A DNA stretch of 64,000 nt from Pavona decussata (taxonomy: Eukaryota): positions 62,001-126,000 of the forward strand of contig CDRNST010000056.1 in the NCBI GenBank assembly GCA_977016875.1, in the 5' to 3' direction. Positions 51,754 through 64,000 of this stretch are shown here, piece by piece. Numbering within the stretch: position 1 is the stretch's first letter; every line of letters starts with the position of its first letter. Both the position numbers and the translations under genes were made by a program. Under the pieces are notes generated by a model. It saw nothing but the letters and a program-made list of their open reading frames with translations, ran no database searches and was not told the DNA's origin.

Positions 51754-53839
51754 CAAACACAGGTGATTTTTCTTTAACGGAACTGAGGCAAATTCGGATA
51801 GAGAAAAGACATGCAAGCGCACGCGTTTTCGCTTGTTGCACTTCCCCCCCCCCCCCCCCCTGCCCCGACTAAAATTTGACATGGGCTGCAAATGCTCCCG
51901 CAAGCGGCGAGCTCACGCGCACGCAGCAGTGATCGAGCCACAAACAAAAAGCCATTTTTCCTTCGATTATTTACACGATTTATTTTAAAGGAAGAAAAAC
52001 AAAACCTGAGCTGATCGTGTACAGATGAGAAATCCGCCCTATCTGTCAGCTTGACTTGCCGATTTTTGAGTACTTTTCATGTAACCGGAACTGTCTAAAT
52101 AAGAAGTGTAAAGGAATAAGTGTAAATATTAGCCCAAGTCTACGCCAAGGATTTACGTGTCAGCTGTACCTTTCGGCGCCTGCCCGTCTGTTATCTTGTG
52201 ACTGCTAAAAATTGCTTCGTAAGCGCTTGAGTTTGAACGACGAGTTTATTTTTCCAAGCTTGCCTTGTTGAAAAATATTTCGAAATTGCACGTGTTAACA
52301 AAAGTAGCTTGGCGCCACAACAGACGGAGTTCATTTTCGGGCGGATTTAGTTATGTCAACACCCTTTCATACAGTTTAAGAACACGGTCATGAAATGCAA
52401 AATCTACAACAATATGGCGACGGTGATCGGATGCAATTATCAGAGACTTTCCTTCCTTTAAATTCCATGGTTTGTCGTAATGGCGACAGTCAACGGCAGG
52501 CGCAAAACTTGAAGAAAACGCAAAGACGCGCACGACTTCACAATTTTCCCCGCGGTTAATGTTATTTTTTTATTTATTTTTTATTTTTTTTTAACCCAGA
52601 TTAAAATTCTGTCAACACAAGAGCACTGAACCTCGTACCCTTCATCTTTGTCGGCTGACACGGTCGGTTTTCTTTTTGAAGCTCTTGTAAATCAGCTTTT
52701 GCCATGTCTTATCTTATATGTCGGCTCATCTTTTGATATTTTAGCACGGTGTGTAACGGTTTCATATCAGATTATACTAATTTATCGCATTTTGAAGGCT
52801 AAAAGAATGTAAATATTGTTGCACACTGCCGTTTTTTAGCAGTTTCGCGCCAATGGCTCTCCTATTAGAGCTCCCGCAGCGTTAAACACACCATGATTTT
52901 TTTCTCTTTCGTTTTATTTATTGGAAAAACTCATTTTCGTGCATGCTGTCAGTAAAATCTCTTAACTTACAATTTAATACTTGAAATTGAGCTGCAGAAA
53001 AAAAAGCCGGCAGAAAAAAACAAAACAAAAACGAGTGCAGCTGTCCTTATACTATAAGAGCCAACCTTGAAAACGCGTAGAAACCCACGCGGCCACGCGG
53101 AGTATGGCACCCAGCTCAGTTTTGCTACCAGTAATACCGAACCGAGACATATTGCATACCACAAAAACCTTAAACTTTAAAAGCACTGACCAGAAATTTC
53201 TCGAATTTGATGCATTCTAGAAATGTCACCTCCACCAGACTAAACAAATGACCTTTGGTAGACCAACACAAGCTTCGGCCGGCGGCCCGGTTAACTGAAG
53301 CGGTGTGAAGTAAAAAGTGGTCTCGATATATTGCCGAAGAAGTTTTTTGTATTTCCGGTCAAGTCTAAAAGTTTTCAAGAAAGTGAAGAAAGTTGAAACC
53401 GGCTATGTGACCGGTTCCAGTATTTGAAGCCTCAAGGTTGTGACATGATTCTTCAATTAGCACTTTAAGATGGACAATGCTGTCTACATGTATTTTCCAA
53501 TTTCCCACCGAAATTTAGGAATTTGCCTTGTTTCGATCACAGCCACTTTCAAGAGTAAAACAGCCGAGTTAGAAAGATAAAACGTGTTCATGACTCCCAA
53601 GTTTTAATCCCAAAGTCAATATTATGGTCACGTCCAGCTGCAGCCTGTATAAATTTGTTTGAAGTTTGTGTTGACTTTTCGCCAGTGGACACAAGAAAGG
53701 CCAGGGGCGAGAGAACAAAACTCGCAGTATCTTCATCTAAAGTCCTCATCACATTTCGTTACATGACATTTACTAGGAAGTCCATTTAAATACTTTAGCC
53801 GAGTTCCGAGATTTCGACCTTAAAAACTCGAGCCAGTGG

Positions 53840-53990
53840 ATCTAACTTCTGAGTCTGGGGATGAAATCTTAAGTGTGACCATCCAAAGGAAACTTTTTGG
53901 GCACAACGATCATATGGCGCTTTTGTTATTTGAAAATTTTGCGATGTGATCGGCGGATTTTTTTTTCTAACTTGGGAATTTTGGGAGGTG
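53840..53990 (+). repeat. Remnant of a satellite-like interspersed repeat
   Basis: aacttctgagtctggggatgaaatcttaagtgtgaccatccaaaggaaac; older relatives are embedded in the ancient units (6665-6750, 42050-42170; reverse at 13300-13390, 46010-46090). Confidence 0.5.
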
Positions 53991-54334
53991 AATGGCAGTT
54001 GTTTGGTAAAAATAGGTTGGGCCTTGTCGCGGTTGAATCGGACGGAAACAACCTTATCTTTTCAGTTCCGCTTTCCGTGGAACACTTGACGACATAAACG
54101 GTTACGAGAATCTTACGTCTTGCTGGCGCTATAACTGGCAGAGATTTTGTGGGTTGGAGCCAAAACGTCACATTTCCTGATTTCTCGGCTGCTTCTTGAC
54201 CTCAGGGTTATTTCATAGTAACCCGATATTTCGGTAAAATACCCTGAAATATACAGCCACAAATCCCTTCAAAGAACAGTCACTCTGGCACCAGATCGAT
54301 TACTTTGTGTCCTCCAATACTTGACACCTGTCAA

Positions 54335-54460
54335 AATATAAATGCCATGATTGGTCAATTAGCTGATTACATAAACTTGTCTCCATTTTGCCCACGTGAT
54401 AAAATAGCTTATTTCAACTGTCCTCCTGTCACATCTATCACACGTGTTCATGCATATCAA
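54335..54460 (+). promoter_or_regulatory. Putative SoxF proximal promoter
   Basis: TATAAA ~54337, reverse CCAAT box TGATTGG ~54348, CACGTG E-boxes at 54393 and ~54441, GATA-like sites, all 100-230 bp upstream of the ATG. Motif match only. Confidence 0.4.
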
Positions 54461-54566
54461 GCGGCAGCATATCAGCGGGGAGTTTTGCCTGTGAAATTTT
54501 TACCAGAAGAAATTTTATTCCGCTGCAAGTTGGTCACGGACGTGAACGAGCGCAAAGTCCAGAGTG

Positions 54567-55673
54567 ATGCGTCAAAGTGATAGAATGCTTCTCTCCGACC
54601 GCAGGACAGTGCGAAATAAAAGGATCCCAGCACCTCTGCCTTCGATGCAAATATTAAACCCCTTGGGGTTTAATAATTCGATCGCTTGTCACCCAGCTCA
54701 GCCAGAGCAGAACCAAGGCTATGCTAAGCTAATCGCGGCGCAAGGGCAAGGTGCTGCTCCTAAAAAGGATCTAAACATGGACGGCGATTCTGACAGAATT
54801 AAGAGACCCATGAACGCTTTCATGGTTTGGGCGCAAGTGGAGCGAAGGCGACTGGCGGATGCAAACCCAGAGCTTCACAACGCAGAGCTCAGTAAAATCT
54901 TGGGACAAGCTTGGAGAGCACTCAACGGTTCGCAGAAAAGACCATTCGTGGAGGAGGCTGAACGTTTGCGACAGCAACACATTAAAGATCACCCTGATTA
55001 TAAATACCGGCCGCGGAGGAGAAAACATCCCAAGAGAGTTTGCAAGAAAATGACATCTACGACACCCCCGGTCTGCGCAATGGTACGCAATCCTAAAGAA
55101 CCACCATCAAATATCTCGCGTGTAAATTCAGGCGCGGATTGCGGACAACTCTCGTTCAACTCCCCAGAGGAAACTACAATGAATTTTGGGCCTGTTCCTA
55201 CACAGACAGGGCTTCCCAATGGAGAACTAAGGTTGTCCCATCTTGGTAGTCCTCCCGCCTTGCCTAATTTGTCCGAGATAAGCCTCCCCACACCGGAGAC
55301 AAGTCCTGGTTCGAGCGAGTTTGGTAGCGCGTTCAACTTCCCCACGAGCTGGCATGACCTTCAAAATGCGCTGCTAAATCTGCAACCGAAGTCGCAACCC
55401 AGTTCGCCACCGCCTTACATCGGTGTATCCGCCTCAAATTCGGCGCCAGTCAGCCCGCTTTATTTCTCGAACGGAAATGTGCAAGCGCAAACGCTGAGCC
55501 TACAGATGGCTGGCAACATGAACACAACTCATCTTCAACACAGTGATACCAGCGCGAACCAGCTCTTCTCGTTCGCACACATCACAGAGCTAATACCTGA
55601 AGAGGATTTTAACAGAGAAGAGTTCGATCAATACCTCGACGGGACAGAAACAATTAACATTGCGTGGATGTAA
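54567..55673 (+). CDS. SoxF: SoxF-group (Sox7/17/18-like) HMG-box transcription factor, uninterrupted ORF, ~368 aa
   Basis: HMG box [43 protein letters not shown]...[29 protein letters not shown] (~54795-55025). SoxF-typical LPTPETSP motif (55284-55307) and C-terminal [12 protein letters not shown] (DxxEFxQYL-type motif, EFDQYL at 55620-55637). The ORF track starts at GTG 54564; the first ATG is at 54567, and the true start could be a downstream ATG. Confidence 0.93.
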   Translation: MRQSDRMLLSDRRTVRNKRIPAPLPSMQILNPLGFNNSIACHPAQPEQNQGYAKLIAAQGQGAAPKKDLNMDGDSDRIKRPMNAFMVWAQVERRRLADANPELHNAELSKILGQAWRALNGSQKRPFVEEAERLRQQHIKDHPDYKYRPRRRKHPKRVCKKMTSTTPPVCAMVRNPKEPPSNISRVNSGADCGQLSFNSPEETTMNFGPVPTQTGLPNGELRLSHLGSPPALPNLSEISLPTPETSPGSSEFGSAFNFPTSWHDLQNALLNLQPKSQPSSPPPYIGVSASNSAPVSPLYFSNGNVQAQTLSLQMAGNMNTTHLQHSDTSANQLFSFAHITELIPEEDFNREEFDQYLDGTETINIAWM

Positions 55674-56060
55674 AGCTGCAGGATGACAGCTTCGAGGGAG
55701 AACGAACTCGCCTTGATTACAAAAAATTCCATTTAGGGGCAATCTTGGTGTAGAGACTATTTTGTCAATATTTTAAGAGACAGATTTTGTATGCCATCAA
55801 GGTTGATGGAAATGAACATTTTTGTTTTACAATTCGGTGTTGTTGTGTCTATATATTTTCATACGCAATGCGTAGACATGGATTTTTTTTTTCAATGTAC
55901 AGTTTACATAAGGGGTCAATCGCTCGGGATGTACACAGATGATAGTTAGAAAACTGCGAACGGTTCCCGCAGAGTTGCAAATTCCATTTATCAAATTTAT
56001 ACGTGGTGGAGCATTTCCGTAGTTTGTCTTTGGATGTAAATTTTTTCGGGTGGCTTTCAA

Positions 56061-56112
56061 AATAAAGAGTTTTCAATGCGCTCTATCAGTGTTGTAATTC
56101 GTGCGTTTGTTT
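56061..56112 (+). terminator. Putative SoxF polyadenylation signal
   Basis: AATAAA at 56061-56066, ~390 nt after the stop, followed by a GT/T-rich element (gtgttgtaattcgtgcgtttgttt). Confidence 0.55.
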
Positions 56113-59100
56113 CGACCATCAGGGCTTAGCCTTGTTTAGGCCGGCTAGCAAGAAAAATTTACCTTGAACCCAAGATGAGTTATGCATCCTGATTTGACAG
56201 CTCATAAAAGCAGCTTACATAGAGATTGTTATCTTCGATGAAAATGATTGGCCCATTCCAGTCAAAGTACACAAAGAGACTTGTCAACACTTGTCAAAAC
56301 CGTGCAGAAAGATCTACTTTTTCCCCTGTTAAGCGCATACTGTAATTTGTGCGGTTTAGTTTGACCTTCCGAAATCACTAACCAGAAGCGCGTTAAAGTT
56401 GATTCAAAGCTGTGTTTCCCGAAATTGGAACGAAAACACCAAATTGCTTCTTCAATGCGATAATTCTGGGCTGCGCGTGTAGGAAATATCAACTCCGTGA
56501 CTTAATCTCTAAACCGCATTCTGGTTTTGTCTTGTTCTGTAAGCAATTCGCTTTTCTTTGACGTCACATGACTAGACTCGAGCAAACCTCTATCAAAGGT
56601 TCTTTATTCTCCCAGAATGGCCCTAGCGTCCGGAAGGGTTTTCTCAGCGAAAATTTGTTTGAGACAGTTAAAGGCTCTCTTGACTCCTAGTGTTAATCTC
56701 TTTCCACACCGGAAACTGGACTTGTTCGAACATCACTCTTAACAAAGAAACAGCGATCAGTGCTAATTATTCATTAACACGCCTAGGGTAATATGTCTGT
56801 CTTGCCTTGCTTGCTAAATATTGACATTACGTTTGCTTGGATCGACGGACTTGGAATGGGCGAATTCTTTACAACGTTCCTTAATTTTGGCTTTCAGCGG
56901 CTGGGCAAGCGAGATATCAGATCTCGAACGTGTTTGTTTAAACAGAAAAAGGGAGTTTTTTAGGTTTATTATCTGGCCAATGTTATCAGAATAAACTACA
57001 GCGGTTACTAATTATAGACATCAAGCTGGGACCTTCAACCCTTCTCTTATCATCTTCTTGAAGATTCTTAACGAGTGATTTAACGACTTCGAGTTGCAGC
57101 CTGTGAGAACGACACGTGTAAAGCGGGACTGTTTTGAGCGGCGATATAGCAGTTTTTAGAGGTTTATAGGTTTAACACGAGAACGGATAACAACTAGATG
57201 ACATCTGTAATCATATGAAAAACGGATAAAATCCGGCTTTTCTGACTCAGGAATTTCACCCAAATTCTTGCCACAAAAATGTGCTCCAACATCCTTCACT
57301 GTTTGAGAAATCGTTTGGGAATATGATAATTATTCAACCTAAATCAGTTTTACAGTTAGGAACACATCTTCGCTCTTTAACTTTTCCTTTTTCAAGTGGG
57401 GCCGGGAGTTCTCGAAGATGCCGACTCAGGGGTTCAGTTCCGCGGGCTGTTAAGGAATTCCAATTTTACCTCTCTATTCTAGAGCTGCGCGCAGACGAAA
57501 TTAGACGAAATTACCTGCAATCTTATTAAAACCCTGGTTATAAGCACCGACAAAGATCTGAAGGAGAAAGGAAAAATCGAAAAGCATTTGTCGAGAATTT
57601 GAATCATCCAAAACGTGAAATATCCAACATGTTTTTATAGTCCAGAATGCCCGGAGCAGGTAAGAACATATTTAGCTTTATTGCAACAATCGTTGTATGA
57701 CAAAATCATTCAAGAAGGTTTCTCTGGATGCAAACAAATTATAAGGTCTTAACAGTTCATTCTGAAAGTCGTTCTGCATGGAACCGGCAATTGCCGATTC
57801 CAGAAACAGTTAAGTTCGGCCTCGGCTCTTATACCCCCATCATCAGTTGATTCCGCAGAATGTGTCCTCCGAGACCCGATAAATTAGGGAAGAGAATAAC
57901 GCTAAGTCTAAAAGGAAAACACGTGCATAAAATATGTACTATCTCGTTAAAAGATCAGCCTTATCAGACTTATAATTGACTGGCTGATGCGTGGGCACTC
58001 TGTTCGAACACGTTTATTTTTTCCCACACCGCGACGGGATATTAATTATAAGGCATCACATTCAAGTGCTTACCTTTCCTTAACCTTGCTACTATCCATT
58101 TTCCAATGCTCCTCTCATTACAAGGAAGATTCTGCCCCTAAAATAACTAAAAATTAATATATCCCCTTTACCGCTTTCTCACAATTTGAAGTAGCGCGTT
58201 ATCAGTAAAGATATCATGAAGAGGTTCGATCGTGAACTCGGAACAAGTTTCCATAGGAAGTAGATTGACTTCCATATGGAAAAAGTCACGGCAGGCAAGC
58301 AAAATAGGGTGTATTTATTTATATTTATTCACCACTGAGTTCAACTAAAAGTTTGTATTCTGACATTTCAAAGGATGCTTCTTGTGTTTTGTGTACATGT
58401 TCTTAAATATAATTTGTACAGAGAGCTTGAAACAATTCGGTTTTTATTTTCAATTACATCACTCTCAATAATAATGAAAGATAGAGTTTGAAATTAATCT
58501 TTTTCTGAAGAGTTAATCTCTTGGTTCTAGAATGCGTGTACTTTTCTTGCAAATATTTGCACTCTCAATTGCTCATTTAATTTTAAATTCCAAAACAACC
58601 TAAGCGGATTGACTGGATTTATCACCATGAGGTTTTCTATTTGCCAGCATATGTTACAATTCGGCTTCAGTGAAGAAGATTTGGGGAAGAAACGTGCCAC
58701 AAAGATAGTCTGGAATAAAAAGGTCATTTTTTAATTAAGTGAAAGGCTGACATTGTCTACCTGAGCTTGTACATACTGTTTCCAGCCTCGAGCTAGTTAC
58801 TAACCGGGGGATTTGTTCAAAACAAATCTGACGTCTCACTGGCAACCTTGTCAAGGTCACCGCGAAGCCGGACGGGAGCCTCAACTCTGCCAACTGCTAA
58901 AAAAAAAGCGCAAGATGACATCACATGTAAAGGATTTTGAAAGTTCTCCAGGAAGACTAACAGCTGTGCAAGGCTAATAAGACCTTGTTTAACCATTAAT
59001 AAAGGAAATCGGCCTAAAGATAATTGTTTAATTGCAATTTTATGAAGCTTCGGTGATTGGTCGAACCTACTCTGAAAGTAAAAGTTTTCCTGAGTAAGGT

Positions 59101-60841
59101 TTGAGTTCATGTTTTTGTAAGGAAACAATGACAGCGGTTGTGCGCGTGGCCACGTGGGGGCCGGCAAAAACTCTGCCAACGTTGCCAAAAATCACACGCT
59201 CACATGATCGCAGCTAGAGGGACCTAGCCGTTCAGAATTATGCTTTAGTTGTGTAGTTGCTTTTGAAAGGCCATCGCTGGCGAGGCGACACATTTATCAG
59301 AGGGGATTAAGGCTGAGTCCAAGAAGATTACTATTGGTCGAAACTTGCTCATTCGCAGTTCAATCTTCTTCAGTTACATATCGGATAATAATTTCTGGTT
59401 AATCTTTTAAGGTTTATTTCCACTACGAGGAAACGCCTGATGGTTAAGTCTGTCATAATACCCCTTCAGGCCATTACTGTACATAGTTAATAAGGGAAAT
59501 CTGGATGAAGAGTACTCTTGAGTTTTAGACATTACGGTTGCTCGAACGTGCTAGATCTACATGTCTTACGCCCAAATTAAGTAGGGATTGATATTCCAAC
59601 TTTTTCACAAGAAACAAGTGACTCTTAACCTAAAAGCATATCCAGCAGCGATTGTTTTGTTTTCATTCTATGAACTGGTATGGAGGCTGATCCGCCTCAA
59701 AACACAACACCGTGATCAAAGTTCTGTGTTGCTGAACTATAATAGAAGGGTTTGAGGATCCACGAATAGTTTTGTGAAATAAATTCTTACTAACTCAGAA
59801 TAGGACAAATTTCGAGCCTTGGCCGGCCAAGTTTTGTTAATCTACTGAAACAATGGAATTCGTATACTAGCTGTACATATGTAGGCAGTAGAACTGACAT
59901 CAGTCTGAGTGGCTAACTACAGTGTAGATCAAGCCGCAAAGGTTTTCTTCCTTAATTCATTCTTCACGGTCCTCGAAGATAGACTGCTCAGATAGGTTCA
60001 GGCGCCATATCTGTTATGTGCCATAACACGTAGTTCAAGTAGGATGGAGTTGTTTGCAATGACAGTAGCACGGCGTCTAAATATTTTTTTTTTTTCGACA
60101 GATTAAGCTCGTCGTACCCATTTCACGTTCCCAGGCCTAATTTAATATACAATACAGGTAGGAGACGTCTGCCTCCCAAGTCTTGAGTTTTTCTTGACTG
60201 TTTGAGTTATCAGGGGATTAAATTCACTGTGAGTACTGACAACTAGACCTTTCTGCATACAGCCTTGAACCCAGTACGAGTCCTCCTTAGCTTTCAACAC
60301 GAAGGTTCCTTATTTAACAGGGCCGGAGTTCAGTTCAAATCAATACATCTGGAGCAGTTAGATATAGTTTTCATTTCATTTTATTTTACTTTCATTTTAT
60401 TCGGTTTGAAAATGAGGCTACAGCTTACCGATGAAAAGAAGAAAGGTAGTAAGACTAGCGGTAGAGATAATAATACTTAAACACACGTTCAAGGAGATAA
60501 CAGACAACATGCAGACGAGTTACTCTAACTCAAACGTCATAGCTAAAAATGCAACGAGAAATTCAGCATTTTAAAAACAGTTTTCAAGTTTTAAATTCCT
60601 CCAGGAAATTGCGTAGACGAAAGGGCGAAAAATTCCGGATTTCCTGAAGACAGCCTTTTCCTCGACCTTTTATCAGTGCTGCGGTTTGTGTGGTTTCCAC
60701 AAGAGGCAAAGCTTGGGTATTAAGTGACTCACTTTACTGTCCTAATTCTTAAATTGAAAAATATCGTTAGCTTCGTCATTAAATGAAAGTCACCTAACAG
60801 AACTTCCATCTGGTGGTCAGGGGTTTGGTTTGCACGTATGC

Positions 60842-60872
<31 letters not shown>

Positions 60873-62109
60873 GTACTTTTTAAGGATTGGGATTAATCAC
60901 ATGCCGCTTTGTAAAAACGTGGAGATATCCAGACCCCTTGTTATTTTATTGAGCATGTGTTCACTTCTTGGGTTAAAGAGCAGATGAAGAGTTATTTCGG
61001 TACTTCCGATATTTCTGTACATCACGTACAAGATATATCGATAGGGATACTGCAAATGTTTCACGCTGATTTTTAAGGTATCTTAAGCACATGATGTGGC
61101 TATCAGGTGACAACCATACACATTTGACAAAGTTTCAAAAATCTCTTCTCCTGAGAGGCGGAAAACAGGAAAGACTTCAATTGTGTTGTGAATGAACTTC
61201 AAAAACAAAGTGCTTATCTGCTTAAAAGGTTTTAGCCAGTGTTAATTTAAATTTCACCCACGTTCAGTCCATTGCCAAAACCTCATTACGGACATAATAC
61301 TTAGAGAGAAAAGGTTCACATTCCTTGATGTCAACGTTTGACGTTATTTTTAACTTTTTTCTGCGGTGTCTTTCCCCGAAGAAAAACTACAAACAGACTA
61401 CTAAACAGGAGTCAAAGAGACTTGAAAATCAGGAGAACAGTTATTCGTTTTACTAAAAAACAAAAAAAAGCTCTCCGCAGCAAACGTCTGCTTGCAGCAA
61501 CAAAATTCTGATTTCCGAAAAGACGGAGAAAATGACCAAAACAGGTTATTTATATTGGCAACCAACACTTTCCTTGTTGAGTAATCAAAAAGAAGAAACC
61601 TCTGCTAGCTGCTTCGCATCTTCAGTTTCATTAGCTATGAGACTTGACCTATGAAGATAAAACTAAGATGCTCAAATCGCCGTTGCCGGGTTTTCCACTA
61701 TACTGCCGGTTCCTCCCTCCTTTATTAATTCTTCCCTTCTGATTTCTTCAGGGGAAACAACGGTCCGAAAACGCCTCAGAAATTCTGCTTTAGTTTTAAA
61801 GAACATCTAAAGTTTTCTTCGGCAAAAAGTCAAGTCAAAAATCCGTAGCACTGGAAAAGTAATTCCTTTGGTTTTTGGAGGGGCAAACATCACACAAGTA
61901 GGGTCATGGTCAGCTATAGTAATTGGGCAACACTGACAGCTCGTAAATTCCATTTCTGTAAAACTTTCTGCAACTTAAATTTTTTGCTAAGGCATAACAG
62001 TTCAAACTGTATTATCTTAAACAAATATGTCTTTAAAAGGATACAAAACAGGAGACATCATTTTAAGTGTTTTTATTTGGTGCCCCTGATTTTTCACTTG
62101 CCCTTAGCA

Positions 62110-63235
62110 GTCAGATTATGTTATCTGCAGATGAGGAAAAATACGTATGAGCACGTTTGCTTTGAAAATAAAGCGCATTTACTAAATTATTTAAAACAGA
62201 GCGAGGTTATTGGCAAATTGGATAAGCCAAAGACATTTTCGACGTTTTTCTCGTGCTCCTTCCCTAAACTTTACCTTGATTTACTATGATAATGTTCTTA
62301 TCTGCAGAAGGAAAAAACACTAAAGTCTAAGCGCCTTTAACGGATATACTAAATTATTTAAAACCAAGGTCACTTTCAAAATGGACAAGTCAAAGACGTT
62401 TTCGAGATTTCCTCGTGCTCCTCTCCAAAATTCAAGGCTTGATTTTAAATGCTGAGATTATGTTCTTATCTGTAAAAGGAAAAACAAGTCTACGAGCCGC
62501 TGCTATATCAACAAAACGCATATACTAAGTTACTTAAAGCATAGCTTGTGTTAAAAACTTGCAAGGCCCAGACCATTTATTGGCGAGACTCTTGCCCCTT
62601 TCCTAAATTATCGCCTATCTTGTACGTTCTTGTAAAATTTAATCTGCACTGAGAAGGAAAAAAAACTCTAAGAACCTTTGTAATAAAAAACAAAACGGGG
62701 TTCACTAACTTACGTAGATGTTTCTTACTGCAAGACAAAGACGGGTCGAGATTTCTTCGTGATCACCTCTCCTAAATTCTTACCTTGCCTTTAGCTAGAT
62801 TATTTTCTTATCTGCCGAAGGAAAACAAGTCTGAGAGCCTTAGCTTTAAAACCAAAAGGGATATTACTAAATTACTTTAAGCGTACTTTGGGCTTTGTTT
62901 AAAATGGAGGACGCAAAGACATTTTCGAGAGTTCCTCGTCGCCATCTGTTAAATCATTACCTTGCCTTCACCGAGATTATCTTCTTATCTACGCGGCTGG
63001 CAGAAATAAACAAGTCCAAGAGTCCTTGCTTTAAAAACAAAACGGATACATTAAATTACTTAAAACATTAGTTCCTTTCAAGATGGAGAAGAGCCAAAGA
63101 TATTTTCCAGATTTCCTCGTGCCGCTATCCTAAATTTCTGCATTGCCTTGAACGAGATTATATTCTTATCTGCCAAGAAGGGAAAAAACAAGTCTAAGAG
63201 CCTTTGCTTTAAAGAATAAAACGGATGCACTAAAT
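62110..63235 (+). repeat. Degenerate ~175 bp tandem repeat, ~6.5 copies
   Basis: Units start near 62114, 62288, 62456, 62630, 62798, 62975 and 63156, with shared gattatgttcttatctg..gaaggaaaa..aagtct..gagcc..actaaatta.ttaaa..caaagac.ttttcgagatttcctcgtg. Confidence 0.88.
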
Positions 63236-63429
63236 AATATAAGTATACTTAAATTTTTAATCTTTTCAACCATTAAAACCTTGCAGCAGCAAATATTAAA
63301 CAGGCGCCATTAACAAAATTCCAAAGTAGAAACCACAGCCGAGGAAACTGATAAATTTTAAGCCGAGTTAAGTATAAAACTTTTGCTTCCGGAAAGTTAC
63401 TGCGGTTTTTGGCCCCATATGCGGAATAC

Positions 63430-63690
63430 ATTAGAACCAGATCATTGTATAATGCAATTCCAGGGATCCGATTGGCTTAGCGGCCATGGCATATGTCTGA
63501 GCCATTATACCACGCCCGACAAATCAGAAGCGAGCATTTAATTGTCTTCTGGCTGTTCTTGTAAAGCGAAATCAAAAGATCTAGCAATATTTTCTTGATT
63601 GTTTTTAGCAAAACAATTATTCCACTCACCCATAAGGCTTCAGTTGGAAATGACATGATTATAGCTAACTCGGTGCTACTCGCAACTAGC
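63430..63690 (+). mobile_element. Truncated interspersed repeat (hairpin-terminated family)
   Basis: gattggcttagcggccatggcatat..gagccattatacca...aaaacaattattccactc...gattatagctaactcggtgcta; recalled as a common anthozoan repeat, family not established. Confidence 0.5.
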
Positions 63691-64000
63691 GAACGAACCA
63701 GTTTTTTGTTTTGCTTTGTTCTTTTTTTTTTTTTTTTCGTTGTTGTTAGTTTGTTTTTTCCAATTGCAACTGAAAGTTGGACGTGACATCTTAAAGCAGG
63801 ATCACATTTATTCGTTGGCTAACTGGCTGGTCATCATTGCATCGGATTTCTTTCATGTGTAAATTATCTTTATTACACTGTAAATCTGCACAGAAACCGG
63901 CATTTTATCTCTATTTGATAGTTGAAGTGGCAAGCATGCCTGTCTGCGGGCAGGAAACGTTGGGCACGTTTTTTAGTTTTTATTTTATCTTAATCTAAGA

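Noticed and set aside
54771-55345. Antisense and alternate-frame ORFs overlapping SoxF
   Set aside because: Shadow ORFs of a GC-richer coding region with no independent support.
60802-60819. CTCF-like motif (tgaccaccagatggaagt on the minus strand)
   Set aside because: A single match, and CTCF is considered restricted to bilaterians while this sequence appears cnidarian.

Overview
AT-rich eukaryotic (animal) genomic window, most likely from an anthozoan cnidarian such as a stony coral; this is inferred from the Sox protein and the style of the repeats, not proven. The only credible protein-coding gene is a SoxF-group HMG-box transcription factor with an uninterrupted ORF (54567-55673, +). The ~50 kb upstream is non-coding but structured at two levels. 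First, an old head-to-tail array of at least five diverged, colinear 3-5 kb units carries short islands that are more conserved than their flanks and rich in TF-like motifs, a candidate amplified SoxF enhancer array. Second, a recent direct duplication (1-19276 vs 23325-41312) has copies that differ by transposon insertions and a microhomology-joined 3.4 kb deletion; it could also be two uncollapsed haplotypes. The window also holds many MITEs, a Ginger-like foldback element, a Helentron/HINE-like element, LINE 3' ends, a tRNA-derived SINE, and three degenerate tandem arrays (203 bp, ~60 bp CCAAT-centred, ~175 bp GATA-centred). One N gap lies at 14663-14825. All identities and alignments were judged by eye.
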